Positions 1 to 12,700 of a DNA stretch of 64,000 bases are shown here, piece by piece. Source of the DNA: Phoronis australis. Taxonomy: Eukaryota > Animalia > Phoronida. Location: the NCBI GenBank assembly GCA_002633005.1, contig NMRA01000321.1, forward strand, positions 31,086 to 95,085, written 5' to 3'. The notes under the pieces were generated by a model that was given only the letters and a program-made list of their open reading frames with translations, searched no databases and was not told the DNA's origin. The translations under genes were made by a program, and so were the position numbers. The number at the start of each line of letters is the position of its first letter. Position 1 is the first letter of the stretch.

Positions 1-628
1 GAATGGCTGAGGAGGGTAAAAGTCTAGTTGCCGTGCGTATTGGTATGTTTTTGGAGATCGATTCAACATCAGACAACTTGATTTTTGGTAACGTTGATAA
101 GTCTTTTGACCACACCACCTTGCAGGACGATGCCATGTTTGTCAAGGCGCCTCGTTTTCGATCAACACGACAGCAGCCCCCCGCGTTCGTGAAATAGGTG
201 AATGGAGATAACATGGGAGGAATCAAAGGTCACCACACTAGTAAATATTTGGCTGTGATAACGGAAATTTGGATGACATGCAAAATCATTGAGATTTGCA
301 TAATTTTTGTCTTAAAGCCATTTCAAGATTTAAATGTTACACTAATTGCAAATGTTGATCATTTCCAAGTTACTAGCCGTGACACACTTAATTCTGTCGA
401 GTTGTTCTTCCAGGATTGTGCTGTTTCATGAAGAGACATCTGACAGAACTTTCAGCCATTAGAAAAACTAATTTTAATCGCCACTTTCTTTGGAAAACCA
501 AAGCCACTTTTTAAAATCTTATCACATTCCAAATGATTGAGCAAACTAAAAAATATTAGTGCTGTATTTGGGGAAACCGTCTGATGCTAGTTACTAGGCA
601 AGCACTAGCTGCTAACATTTCATCATAC

Positions 629-775
629 CTCGCATGTTTGAACTGCGCTTTCACCCTGTCGCAGTCTATCGGCCACCGCTTGCGGTATCATTTGATACAA
701 GAGGGCATCAGTGTGTCTCTTGTATTGGTCCAGTTTCTTTACACTTTCCTCTAGCTTCTTGCTCTTTTGTTGTTC
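629..775 (-). CDS. Gyc88E: sGC coding exon 8 (coiled coil / signalling helix)
   Basis: Acceptor [55 protein letters not shown], donor GTATGA; 147 nt. Confidence 0.93.
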
Positions 776-3700
776 CTGCAACCATAGATTATAGTCTTGA
801 CAACAGATTCCGCAATTCCGATATTTTCACATGGAATTCCCAAAAGAGGTGCCACATTCCGGTAGGTGAGCAGACGACTTACATGCTTAAAGGCGAAGGC
901 AACCTTTTTTCATGTCACTTTTAGCAAAAATAAGGTTCGTTGATTACCCCAGACACATTTTTCACTTAATTACAGCTTTTCGTAATTTGATTAATTTCTC
1001 GTCCTCTACTCCGGAAGTGACGTTTTGGGAGGCAAGAGTTTCGCGCCAATTTCTTTTCATTATAGTCTGACTGTGAAGGCTGTCGAGTCACTCTTGTTCT
1101 TCCTCGGATGAGTTCGGTCGTCGTTTGCTTTTGTTTACAAGTCAGTCAACATGCCACGGTGCTGCTGCTGCGTGCCGGGATGTACTCATTATCGCCTCAC
1201 ACGCGCTGTGGGTACCTTGTGTCGCTTTCCGAAGGATGACACACTTCGCTTGGCTAGCTCGTTCATGTGAAGAACGTAGCGCTACCCGTCCACGCAACGT
1301 ACAAAGCAGTGGAGGGTTACCGAGTGTGTGGCAGGCATTTTCTGCCGTCGGATTACGACAGAGATATGTACGCTGAATTGATGAAGGTCCCTGCAAAACA
1401 ACGCCTGATGAAGGGCCATACCGTCGCTGTTGATGCCCGGCAGTGCCCCGTCGCCAACCCCGAGAAGTGCGTTTTTGAAGCGAGAAGACTCGCGTGCTGT
1501 GGCCACTGTATACATTGACTGGAGGCACTTCATCTACTGTCACACGTGCCTCCGAACGTACCCCCATTGCGTGCAATTCCGGGAACTAGCAGTGATTCGA
1601 CCTGTGCTGTTGTCTCTAGCCCCGAGAATGTAAGCAGCCCTGCAGCGATGTTGAGTAGTGGGAGTGAATACAGTTCGACAACCAGTGAAGAGGACAGTTC
1701 GTCATCCAATGAACAGATCGGTGAGCCTAAGTTTGATAAGTTTATTGTGGACTTGTATTGGAGCTATTCAAAAGGTGCCACACGGCGGGATCTAAGCAGT
1801 TTGGGTGCTCAGATCACCCTCCAGCGGGAGTGTGTCGCGGGACACTCGGGCAAGTGGCCTGGGACAGTTCTTCCTCTGCACGTGAGACGATAATGAGTAC
1901 ACCCCAGTACGCAGCAACAGCGTGGCATGTTGACTGACTCGTAAGCAAAAGCAAACGACGACCGAACTTATCACAACCGAGGTAGAACAATGACTGATTC
2001 GACTGCTCTCACAGTCAGACTATATGAAATGAAATTGGCGCGAAATTCTTGCCTCCCAAAACGTCACTTCCGGAGTAGACGACAAGTAATTAATTAAATT
2101 ACGAAAAGCAGTAAATGAGTGAAGAATGTGTCTGGGATAATCAACGAACATCATTTTTGCTAAAAATGACATGCAAAAAGGTTGCCTTCGCCTTTAAGTA
2201 TAACCGTGACCCACACCAGGCGCAGCCAGTGAATAATGAATTGGAAAAACATACATGAAAGATAAACGCTGCTGCTCAACAAAATGGTATAGCGGTTTTA
2301 CATTTTTGTGCAACTTGGCCACGTGGTCGTGCTTACCTGATCAAGGGCCAACTTGAGTTCAACAGATTGTTGTGTTCCTGCCATTATCAAGTCTCTTGTT
2401 GAGTCGCATATGCTGAAGTCGTTCACAAAGAGCCCAATACGTGCCATATCCGTGACTGTGTTCAGTCTGAAGTGGGAAATGCATGTTATAGTCTATTACA
2501 GAGTACAGGCACGAGGGGGAAATATGAATCACTGACCTAGGACTGCAATGGGTTAGCTTCAAGCACGTATTGTTGACCCAAAAAGCACGCGCCTAGGACA
2601 AGAAACCTGAGTTGCGAGGACTTCGACGGTACAGGAGGATCTCCGTTGAAAGCACACTATATAATTAAATTGACTTCACGTGACAAAAATCTTATAGATG
2701 GCGCTATGTGCTGTTTACGAAATGTAGACACACAAACCACGAGAAGCGAGAATGACTCGACTGCAGTGTTGGCTTACGAAGCAAACGGGTAAAAAACAAG
2801 TTCCCTCACAGCGCCACCTCTGCACTAGAGTGACCCAGTAATGATTATGACCTATACGCAGAAAGCTAGTGAGATAAACTGAATAGCAAATCATTGCAGA
2901 AACGCCAGAAAGGCCAGAATTATCTCCTTTCAGACGAAGATACATAACATTTTCTTGTAATCTCAGGCACCACATGGGCGAGGCACCATAGGGGGCTGGG
3001 GGGGCTATTGCCTCCCCTACTTATTTCAGTGTTGCTCGCCCATGCATAAGCAGTGTTAAGTGACCATTTACGCTTTTCATAACCGGGTTTTACTTCTGCT
3101 GCTTGGTGTCAATCTCGATTTAAAACGGTATTTTGCTGACCTAATTTTGAGCGGACTCCCGAAATGTCGTCGATTGGCAGTTGTTGGTGAGCCGACTCGT
3201 GGTGGGAATGTTACTTCGTTCCGTTGAAGCGGCTATAAGCCCTCCTTCCATCACAAAAAAACAACTTTCGATTCAGACCATTTACCGTTATGAAATTGGT
3301 CTCAAAATTTCCCGTAATCACATTAGAGAAGCTTTTAAGGCTTCGACACAATTGACAGATCGTTGTTGCCTGACATCTCGACGCTCTACAAGTTGGCTTG
3401 TGACGGCTCATCATTTTGAGTGAGAATAACCTCAGACCAATTTTATAGCAGTTTAGATCAACAGTTCTTTTTCCCTCGTAGCACTTAGAAAGCGTGTAAG
3501 ACTCAAGAACACAGTCATGTTCTTATAATACCCGCGAGGTGGAATACTTACACGGGTGTCCCAAGAAAGAGTGACGTGTCCCACTCGTCCACGTAAATAA
3601 TCTGACCTCGTAAATGAAGCATGTTGTCATGCGATTTTGTTATCACTGATGTGGAGGTGCTCATTGTCTCGAAGTCGGTACCTTTAAAAAAGAACAGTGA

Positions 3701-6700
3701 GCTGTCCAAGTCATTGATATCATGTATTATAAGCATAATCAGAAGTATTAAAATGTGGCGTACTAGCCACAAGTATTGATGACGACCGGGGGTGAAATGA
3801 CGGGCGACCAGGAGACGGCTTTTGCAATTAACATGTCCATGCTCCCCTTGTGCCTTTTGTGGCGATGCCAGTGATAGTATTTGTAAATTAAGAATTTTTC
3901 AATTTCTGCGGTGGCACTTGGCATCAACATGCATGTAGTAGATAACATCGTATGTGCCTCGCCCACTATAAATATAAAATGGGCATTTTTTATCTTATTT
4001 AGTGCCTAAACAAGGTGAAATGGGGTGATTATCCTGACAGACTTGCTTACATTTTGCCACTATAGCAATTGGTTTTGTACCTGAAAAAACAATGAGAGAT
4101 TACCTACAACTGATAATTCCAATTGCGGTAGGATTGGCCTACCCCGTCAAAGTTGATGGATTCTGGCACTTCCTTTTACAAGCCAATGACCTCAATGACC
4201 TATTTGAAGGTGTCAATCATTTTCAATCGGGGTGCGGATATATTTGAAAAATACATGTATTTTGAGTTTTTGTTATAATTTGCGTTAAGTTAATTAGTAA
4301 GGAGCTGTTGAGACCACGTTCGACTTAATCTATCATGCATTTTTTTCTAATACAAATACTAGCATGCGTCATTCGTCCCACACAGTGAAAGAGTAAAATC
4401 AAGTGCCTTATACATCACACTCGAATTGCACGTCAAACATCAACCCGCACGCGTCGAAATTGCGATCGCGTGAACGCAATTATCTTAAGAAATAATACAG
4501 CGAATATAACTGCACGGAAATCCATCCATTCGAAAGAACAAATTCACTCGTAAATTAGACCTTTTACTTTTCGCTTGTCACTCCGCCATTTGCATTTTTT
4601 TAACCTACCAGTAAATTCATGGATTAAAGCATACACTGGGCTTAATGGCTGGCATTCAGGTCACTGTATGACGTAACTAGGTCAAAAACTAAAGGTAGAA
4701 GATGTCAGACGATTTTACTTGTTTTTGCTAGTGGAAGGTAAAAAGAAGCGAAGTATAACCGATAAGACCGTTTGTAGTTTTCTACACGTGTCAGTGGAAT
4801 TTGATTTGGTTAGTACTAACACATTGAACAACAACTGTCCTCCCATTCTTTTGGCTAATATCCATTTCACCAAGTGGTGAAAAGCCCTCCGGCTATCATT
4901 TCAAGTAAACTCCACGCTTAAAAGCACTGTTGGAAAATCTTTAAGAGTTGCAGTTCACCACCTCGAATAACCAATTACGGAGAGTGAAGAACCTAATTCA
5001 GTTGCGTTTCCTACGTAAGTGGTCGGTAGAGTAAGCCCTGTTGAAACCTGAGTAGAAACATGTCCGCTAAACTGTCAAAATATTGAGGAATGTCGCACAC
5101 TCAGGGGGATCAAGGGTTTTGAGGTGGGGGGCAGGGCAGAGTATCAGCTAGGATTTTACCGACTGACATTCCCACTCCCGAATTGGCAAATGGAATCCAG
5201 GCGAATTTTAGGGGGCCATGGCCCCCTTGGGCCCCCCTCTAAATCTGCCACTGATTTTGACAACTACATGCGCTCAATTTTAGAGCGCATTTGAAAAAGA
5301 CCATAACAACAATGAAAATCCCGAATTAGCAATTTCAACTACTGCATGCTTTTACAAATTCCACCCAGGGCCAGTATTTATACTGATAATTTGCTCTCGA
5401 CACAAAGAAAAAACAAGTATTCAGGTAAAGCCCTTTTAAAAGTCTTTAACTGCAAATTATCAACCACTAAAATACCATACATTGTTACCATCACCGATCA
5501 AACTGGCATCGGCTAACCAGCGAAGCCGAGACCCGAGGAATTGTTGCTAACATATCCAAACAAACCCGCAATATTCACTTACTGATAACACTTATTAAAT
5601 TGATTATCACGTTCCGTTTTCACCATTTGCTTGCTATTCTAAGTGAAATATGCATATTATTTTGAGCCTCATAGAGTGCAAACTGAAAGTTGGCTACCTA
5701 GGTTTATGCAACGCTACTATGCAAGCCCGTCTCGAAATCGAAGTCTCCCGTATAAAAAATGCAGTTTCAACTCGTCCAGCGATAATTAATGCACTTCGAT
5801 AAGGGCTTCCATTTTCATCGCTTGTCAGTTCGCCCCCCAACCCCCTTTCCCGACAGCGTAGCGTATCATTTTCAAATCAATCCTACCCATAGGAAGGCTT
5901 TCGCTGTCTGTTGCATCATCATCCACTGTCGAATTCGTTGATACCGACTCGAGAGAAGTGAACTCAAACGTGTTGTTTCGGTGTGCATTAATCTGTAATA
6001 ACAATTATAGGGTAAGCAGTTTTCATCTCAAACTACCAACACGTTTTCTCAATAACAGCAACCACTCTCGTTAACGCTATTCTAGTCTTACGACCTTCAG
6101 TTATTTTACGGTCTACGCCATTCCTTTTGACGACTCGCACTATGCAAGACGTCCTTATTATATTCAAAATGCGCCTGTAAACCTGCATTCGGAAAGTTAT
6201 GCGGCAAGTGGAAAAAGAATTGTTCTTAAAAGAACAGAGTGTACGGCACGTGAGAAAAAATACAGCTCATTGGAGAGTAAGTGTGTTAATGAGAAAATAA
6301 CACTGTTAATGAGAACAAGAACTATGAGTGGGGATGGTTGTTTACCCTGAATAACAAACTATTCATTGTTGTCTCTGTTTTTAGAGGTACAATGGTTAAG
6401 AATAAGGGTTTTTGCGTGTTTTGATTTTTTCCGCCAGTTTGTGGCAGTGTTGATAATTTCATTCAAAAACGGCTCATTATATTTAGTAGACGTCTATTCA
6501 GATTACAAGTAGCGCATAATGACTACAAGGAAACTTAAGGGAAGCTCGTCCGCAGACCTTTACTTTTCATTTCTGTCTTATAGATGCCAAGAATGACGAA
6601 CTGTGCGAGATATAGCCACAACTACCATATTTGAAGCTACGAAAATACTCGAGGTGTTCCCGGATGGGCCAAGGTCTTATAGAAGTCCATACCCGGATGC

Positions 6701-9700
6701 AAGGCTTTGAGCTTAAGGGAGGGACTTCATGGTTAGCAGAGCTGCAGTAGATCATTTAGCAAGTTAGTTTTAATTATATCAAACGACGCAAAAACTACTT
6801 CGATCTCTCGAAATGTATTTGTTATATCATAATTTATCCCATACGCGTTGAATCAGCCATGTAATAATGTTTTCCGTATTCATCTCCCGCACTACTTCAA
6901 CAGCGACCTCTGACATGGAAAGTTCAAAAGGTAGGTCAATGTCGACTCGACGTCGATAGCCGGTTCCATCGTCAAACTTTCGGAAAATAGTTTAAAGTAA
7001 TGCAACTGCAGCAGTGTGAGTAACACTCAACACGCAATCAGGTCTCAATCGTAACATCCGGAACAAGATTGTTAATTATATGACAGGTCTGTCTCAATTT
7101 TCAGTTGCTAAATATGATGTCGTCTGCAACTCAGGCGCCGATTCCTCGGCAACTACAATATGAAATATTGCTGTTAGTTAACTATTTTCAGGAGATGTTA
7201 CAAGTTCAATGCACAGTTGCTGTTTCTTTCACCTTGTTTATCTGTTTTCAAGCAATAAGTCGTTACATTTATAAAACTGTTTCTTTTACTAGAGAAAACT
7301 TGCAACCTAACGCGCAAGTGCATAAATATAGGATGTGATCCGCCACGTGAACAGTCTCGAGTGGAGTATCTGAAAAATCTGGCGAAAAAAATGAAAGAAA
7401 CTTAGGAATTTGATGCGTACGTGGAATAATGTCTCGTGGGATATTACTTCATCAACGCCACTCTCGGTACGTTTTGCGTATGTAGCGGCTACCTGTTAAG
7501 AGAACGTTCAGAAATCTTGAAAACAGTGTTATAAAACATCGAAACGAATCGATTTATCCCATTTGAATCAGTCGAGTGCAATGCGGACATGTGATTTTGT
7601 TTTCCGTATTCACCTCCCACACTACTTCAACAGTGCCCTCTGACACGGAAAGTTCAAAAGGTACGTCAATGTCGACTCGACGGTTTGATCATCAAACTTT
7701 CCCAAAATAGTTTAAAGTAATAAAATTGCAGCAGTATAAATAACATTCAACATCCACTCAGGTCCCAACTGTAACATCTGGTACAAAACTTTTAATTTTA
7801 CGACACTTGTATAGTCTTAGTTTTCAATTGCTAAATATTATATCTTCTGCAACTCAAGTGTCGATTCCTCGTTAACTACAATATCAAATATTGTTGTTAA
7901 TTCACTATTTTCAGTAACGTAGAAAATAAATCTGAAACGAAATAAGGCGATCCAGATCCTCCCAAGGATACTATTGTTTCACGAAATGTAGAATATAAAT
8001 AGGTAAATAAAACAACAAGAATGGATCAACTGAAATTTTCGGATGTAATAACGTCCTTTGTCAACAGAAACAATTACCGTTGTTTTTATTTTTGTTATTT
8101 CTTTTCAAGTAAGAAATCGTTACATTTAAACATTTTCTTTTACAAGAGATAAATTGTAATCTAACGCACAAGTACATATATGTAGGATGTGATCCGCCAC
8201 GTGAACAGTCTGGGTGAAGTGTTTAAGAAATCTGCCGAAAAATGAAAGAAACTTAGGAATTCGAAGCGTATGAGATAAATTTCGGTCTCGGTCGGAACGC
8301 GGAATAATGTATCCTGGGACATTACTTCATCTACGCCACTCGCGGCACGTTTTGTGCATGTTTCGGCTTCATTGTAACTTTTCTCGTGCATGCGTCAAGT
8401 GGTGCTTAAGAGTTCCGTAGACCCAAGAGTTGCGAAGGAAGCCAGTGTGATCACGTGCTTAGCTTGTAATACATGGCAAAATCTCATGAAATCTTGCCCG
8501 TTTTGCGTTTTCGCGAGGTTCTTTAAGGAACGCACAGTAGCACTGATGCCTCATTTGTGAAGAACCCTCAAAGAGGCATGGAACGCGAGAAACAAAAATA
8601 CCTTAAAACAAACAGATCGTTGCGAATCTACTTGTTGGGGAAGCTAGCGTGAGATTTATTCACTTTGAATCTTGCAAGAATTTCAGGAAAAAATCGTCAG
8701 ATTCATTAGTTTTGAAACGCAGACGAAATCAAAAAGTATCCCAACACAGTTTTTAATTTCTACGCCCCTAATAACAAGCGCTCAAAGAAGTTGGATAGGC
8801 TAATGCTTGCTTGAAAACGCCACTGTGTTGTTTTCCCCCAAGGTTAAAAGTCACATTTTTCATTTATTTAGGGAAATATGCTGCGTCTAAATCATACCAA
8901 ATAAGGAGACGTGCCTTGTAGTGTGAGAGAAACGTCGACGAAGGGACAAGCAGTTAACAAATCATTTTTTAAATTTGAAACTAGAGGAAAAATGATTTGA
9001 CATCAACAAAAATTCAAAATTTTTAAGAGCAAACAGTAAAAATACATATTATAAAATTTGACTTTTGAAACTGTGCGTGCGGTGGGATCGGCGAAGTACA
9101 GGTCTGAAGATGTCAAAAAAATGCAATTTTAATTTTAGCAGCAATAACGTCACGTATGCACTGTTCAGCTATAGAATCATACCTTTGTCAATTCTTTTAC
9201 TTGGGATCTTTCAGTCTAATTCAGTTCATTAATTATTCATTAACTGCAAGCAGTGACGTTGGAAACGAGTTTTGGGTTGTCTTTTAACTTTCAATGACAT
9301 GCGCACGTCATGGTGTTATTCGTATCAATAAAATACCAGCAATGTCATCGTTATCATCGCCGTTGTCTTCGTCGCAGTCTTCTTTCTGTGACATCTGAAA
9401 CTTCATGCATGTACCTAGACTAAGGTTCGAGGTATTTAACAGGAAATTGGTGGAATAGTTGCCCTTTTGCGAGACTTTTTTACTATTCTAATGCAATTAA
9501 CCTTGAATTTTCAGCAATATCTGTTGTAAAGTGACATCGAGTGCGTGAAAACGTTACATTAAACGTCCAACCAGATGTATGATTTTTTTTTCGTTTTACT
9601 TTAAACGGTATATCCGTGAACTTTGTACTTTGAAGATGTTACCGTAGTAACAAGGTTTACAATTACGCCAGTAATTATCTTAATCAAGTTTTCAATTTGC

Positions 9701-12700
9701 TACCTCTCTGATTTACTTTGAGAGTATAAACCACATTTCCTATTACCTTTTTATCAATAATCGAATTCAATGTATCTAATAACTGTAACTATGGCAACAA
9801 CAAATTGGCTTTTCCTAAGAAGGACATTTTTACTCATGGGAATCTGTATCATGGTTCAGGTATTTCTTAGACGTAACACTTCGTCGCGTGGCACGCCATG
9901 TGGGGGTTTCACAGGAATTAATTCCCGAGACCACGGAAGTGATGTCTTCGACTAATTTTTTCTTGCAAAACGTGTGCGCAGGTGCAATCTGTGAGGCTGT
10001 TTCGATAAACAAGTTTTACCACGGACAGAATAGTAATACAAATGGTACACGTCTATGGGTGTACTTAATTAAAGGAACAAAATATTAGGAGTATGTGAAG
10101 TTATCCAATCTTTTTAATAAGAATAGATCTGCTGTTAAGATTGATTTGGTTGAGTAACGTCTAATTGTAAATGGGTCGAATTCTAACTCGCCGCTACTGA
10201 CACAAAATCAAAGTAAAACTTCTGATTAGCGTTTTCTTCCTGAATAAGGCGGCCTTAGTTTTGCATTCTATGGCTATGGTTAGCCAAAAATCCTTCAATT
10301 ATATCGAACGTTTGATTACTTTAGTTAAAGCTACATAGAACGCGAAAAACAAACTGAATTGCATTATTCAAAGAGGCATTCTGCCACTTAAACAGAAGTC
10401 AAAGTGTTAACCAATCATTTTTACGGTTTGTTGGTAAAGATTTTGAATTTTTGTTCATGTTAAAGCATCTCCTTTAGTTAAATTTTTTTTAAAAATCTCC
10501 CAAAAGTCAAAGCACGCCTCCTTTTTTGGTAAGACAAGACATAGACATAGCACATTTCCCTTATAGGAAAAATGTGACCTTTGAGCTTTCACGAAAACAA
10601 AACATTGGCAGCCAGCTTCAGTCCGAATTTTTTAGCGCACATACGTATTATTAGGGGAGGAGAACTTGAAAACAGTACTGAGATGAACGAGTATATATTT
10701 CGCCTGCGTTTCAAAATATTGAATATGACGATTTTTTCTGGAAATTCCTGCATTGTTCCAAGTGAATATCTCTCACGTTAGCATACCCAAAAAGTACATT
10801 CACCTTGATGTGATTATAAGGTATTTTTACGGGTTTTCGTGTTCACCTTTGGAGCCTTGTGACACGACAACATTCTTCAGTAAAAATTCAGGATGCAATG
10901 ATATTTGCAAAAAATATGATAAACTAATTACTCTTGCTGAAAATTTCAATTAAGGGTTTTCTAATAGCTGAAAATAGGCAATATCTATTGCGTAAATTTG
11001 AAATGTACTGTGAATAGCTCAATACATTGGCTGCAGTGTAGGATTTTACATATCGAGAATATAACCGGTAGCACAGCATAAATGTATTTCTGAAATCGGC
11101 AATAAATTAACTACTGTATGGGTTGGAAAACTTTGTATTTTACGCTTAATTTTTCTCTTGGTGTTAAAGTAAGGTGGTTTCGGTATCGACTAGTTTATAG
11201 AATATTAAGTTCAAATTCATATTTTTATAAAATAGACGCCTCGGAGTCTTCTGCTAGTACATTTTTACGCAAGACCTAGAAACTTTGACACATTTATTTC
11301 TGTAATGTGAATTCACTAGAACTTTTTGCGTGGTGTATGTGTGTTTATATCATTATGACTTGGGTTGTACAATTTTTTGAGCTTTTGGGAAAAATGTATC
11401 AAAAAAACTCGAGCAGATAACAGGAAATTCACGCTGTAAACTCTCGTACCTAGTACTGTGAAACCTCAGCGTTGCAAATTCCAACACTAGAATGTATGGG
11501 TCATGCGCGGGAGCTGGCATTCCATTCCGAGTGCTCACGCGATGCGCATGCTCAACTGGAAACAGTGATATCGTGTATTGAGAGTGAAAATCAGAAAGTT
11601 CATGCGCTCTAGCGACCAAACTGAGAGAAGTGAGCAACTTTGCCTCACTCTCACGTACCACTTCTCGTCGTGCGATTCGCTTGCAATTCTTCAGTCACAA
11701 AAAATAGGAAAATATTCGAAACAAAGTGGGGATTACCAAATTGTTTTCCGTAATTGTGAGCAGAGGCACCTCTGACAAAAATGTGAAATTTACATGGATT
11801 ACTGAAAAGTCACATGTGATTAAATTAATTAATTTGATTGGAATTCTCTTGAAAACAGATTGATTTTGTTTCACGATGTCAATCTTTAATTATACTTCCC
11901 ATTTTATGGAGTAGCGTGGGAGCACTTGCGATCGACAGTCGTGGCTGAATCTCAAACCGTTTTATCTTATTTGGTACAACACACACAAGCAATGTTATTT
12001 GGATTACAGCAAATGACAGACGATTGCAATTCCATTATCAATTTCGACTACATATCGTTTTGCAACAGATATGTAATCTTATTTAATGTTTGTGTACTTC
12101 AATTATTATTTGCCATGTGAAAAAATTATTGTATGCACCCGCTTTTTGTGTCGATCGGGGGCACGCATTTCTGGCAACATACATTGTCTTTCATAGGGAT
12201 TGTAATGGGAGTCAGATTTTTATTGGATGTCTTCGTTTAGGAGGTGACGTCATTTTTACAGTAAATCAGCATTAATGTGTAACTTTAAAATATGGCAAGA
12301 ACTGAAGGTAAATGAACTCATGTTATAACCTTTGAACAGTTGTTGATCTACAGTCCTGCCCAGTAAAGAAACTCAGGTGTGGTGATCGAACAACTATTGC
12401 GAATTAATTCACTCGCCGTGGGGAGATGAGCCCTCACTTCTCCAGGAAACGGCTGTAAAGCACTACAGAGACTTACCACGCACAAAGAAGACTTATCACG
12501 GAGCTTGAACTACAACCATTCATGCGCAAACACACTTGCTACGCACATCTGTAACTCAGCTGAAGTTTGTGCTTTGCACTACAAGCGTGGTAAGAGTTAT
12601 TGCGAGTATGATAAGTGTTTTTGGTGAGTGGTTAAAAGCCTGAGGCCCGTAGCAGGGGTTCGATGCCACCCCTCAAACTGCTAAATCGCTTACGTTATCC

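Noticed and set aside
5698-5886. Longer version of sGC exon 5
   Set aside because: The frame stays open past the GTAGGA donor but ends in a stop with no family similarity, while the short exon joins exon 6 in phase.
8520-12290. Large TTAA-bounded transposon
   Set aside because: Several TTAA-AG/GG starts and patchy inverted similarity, but no convincing TIR pair.
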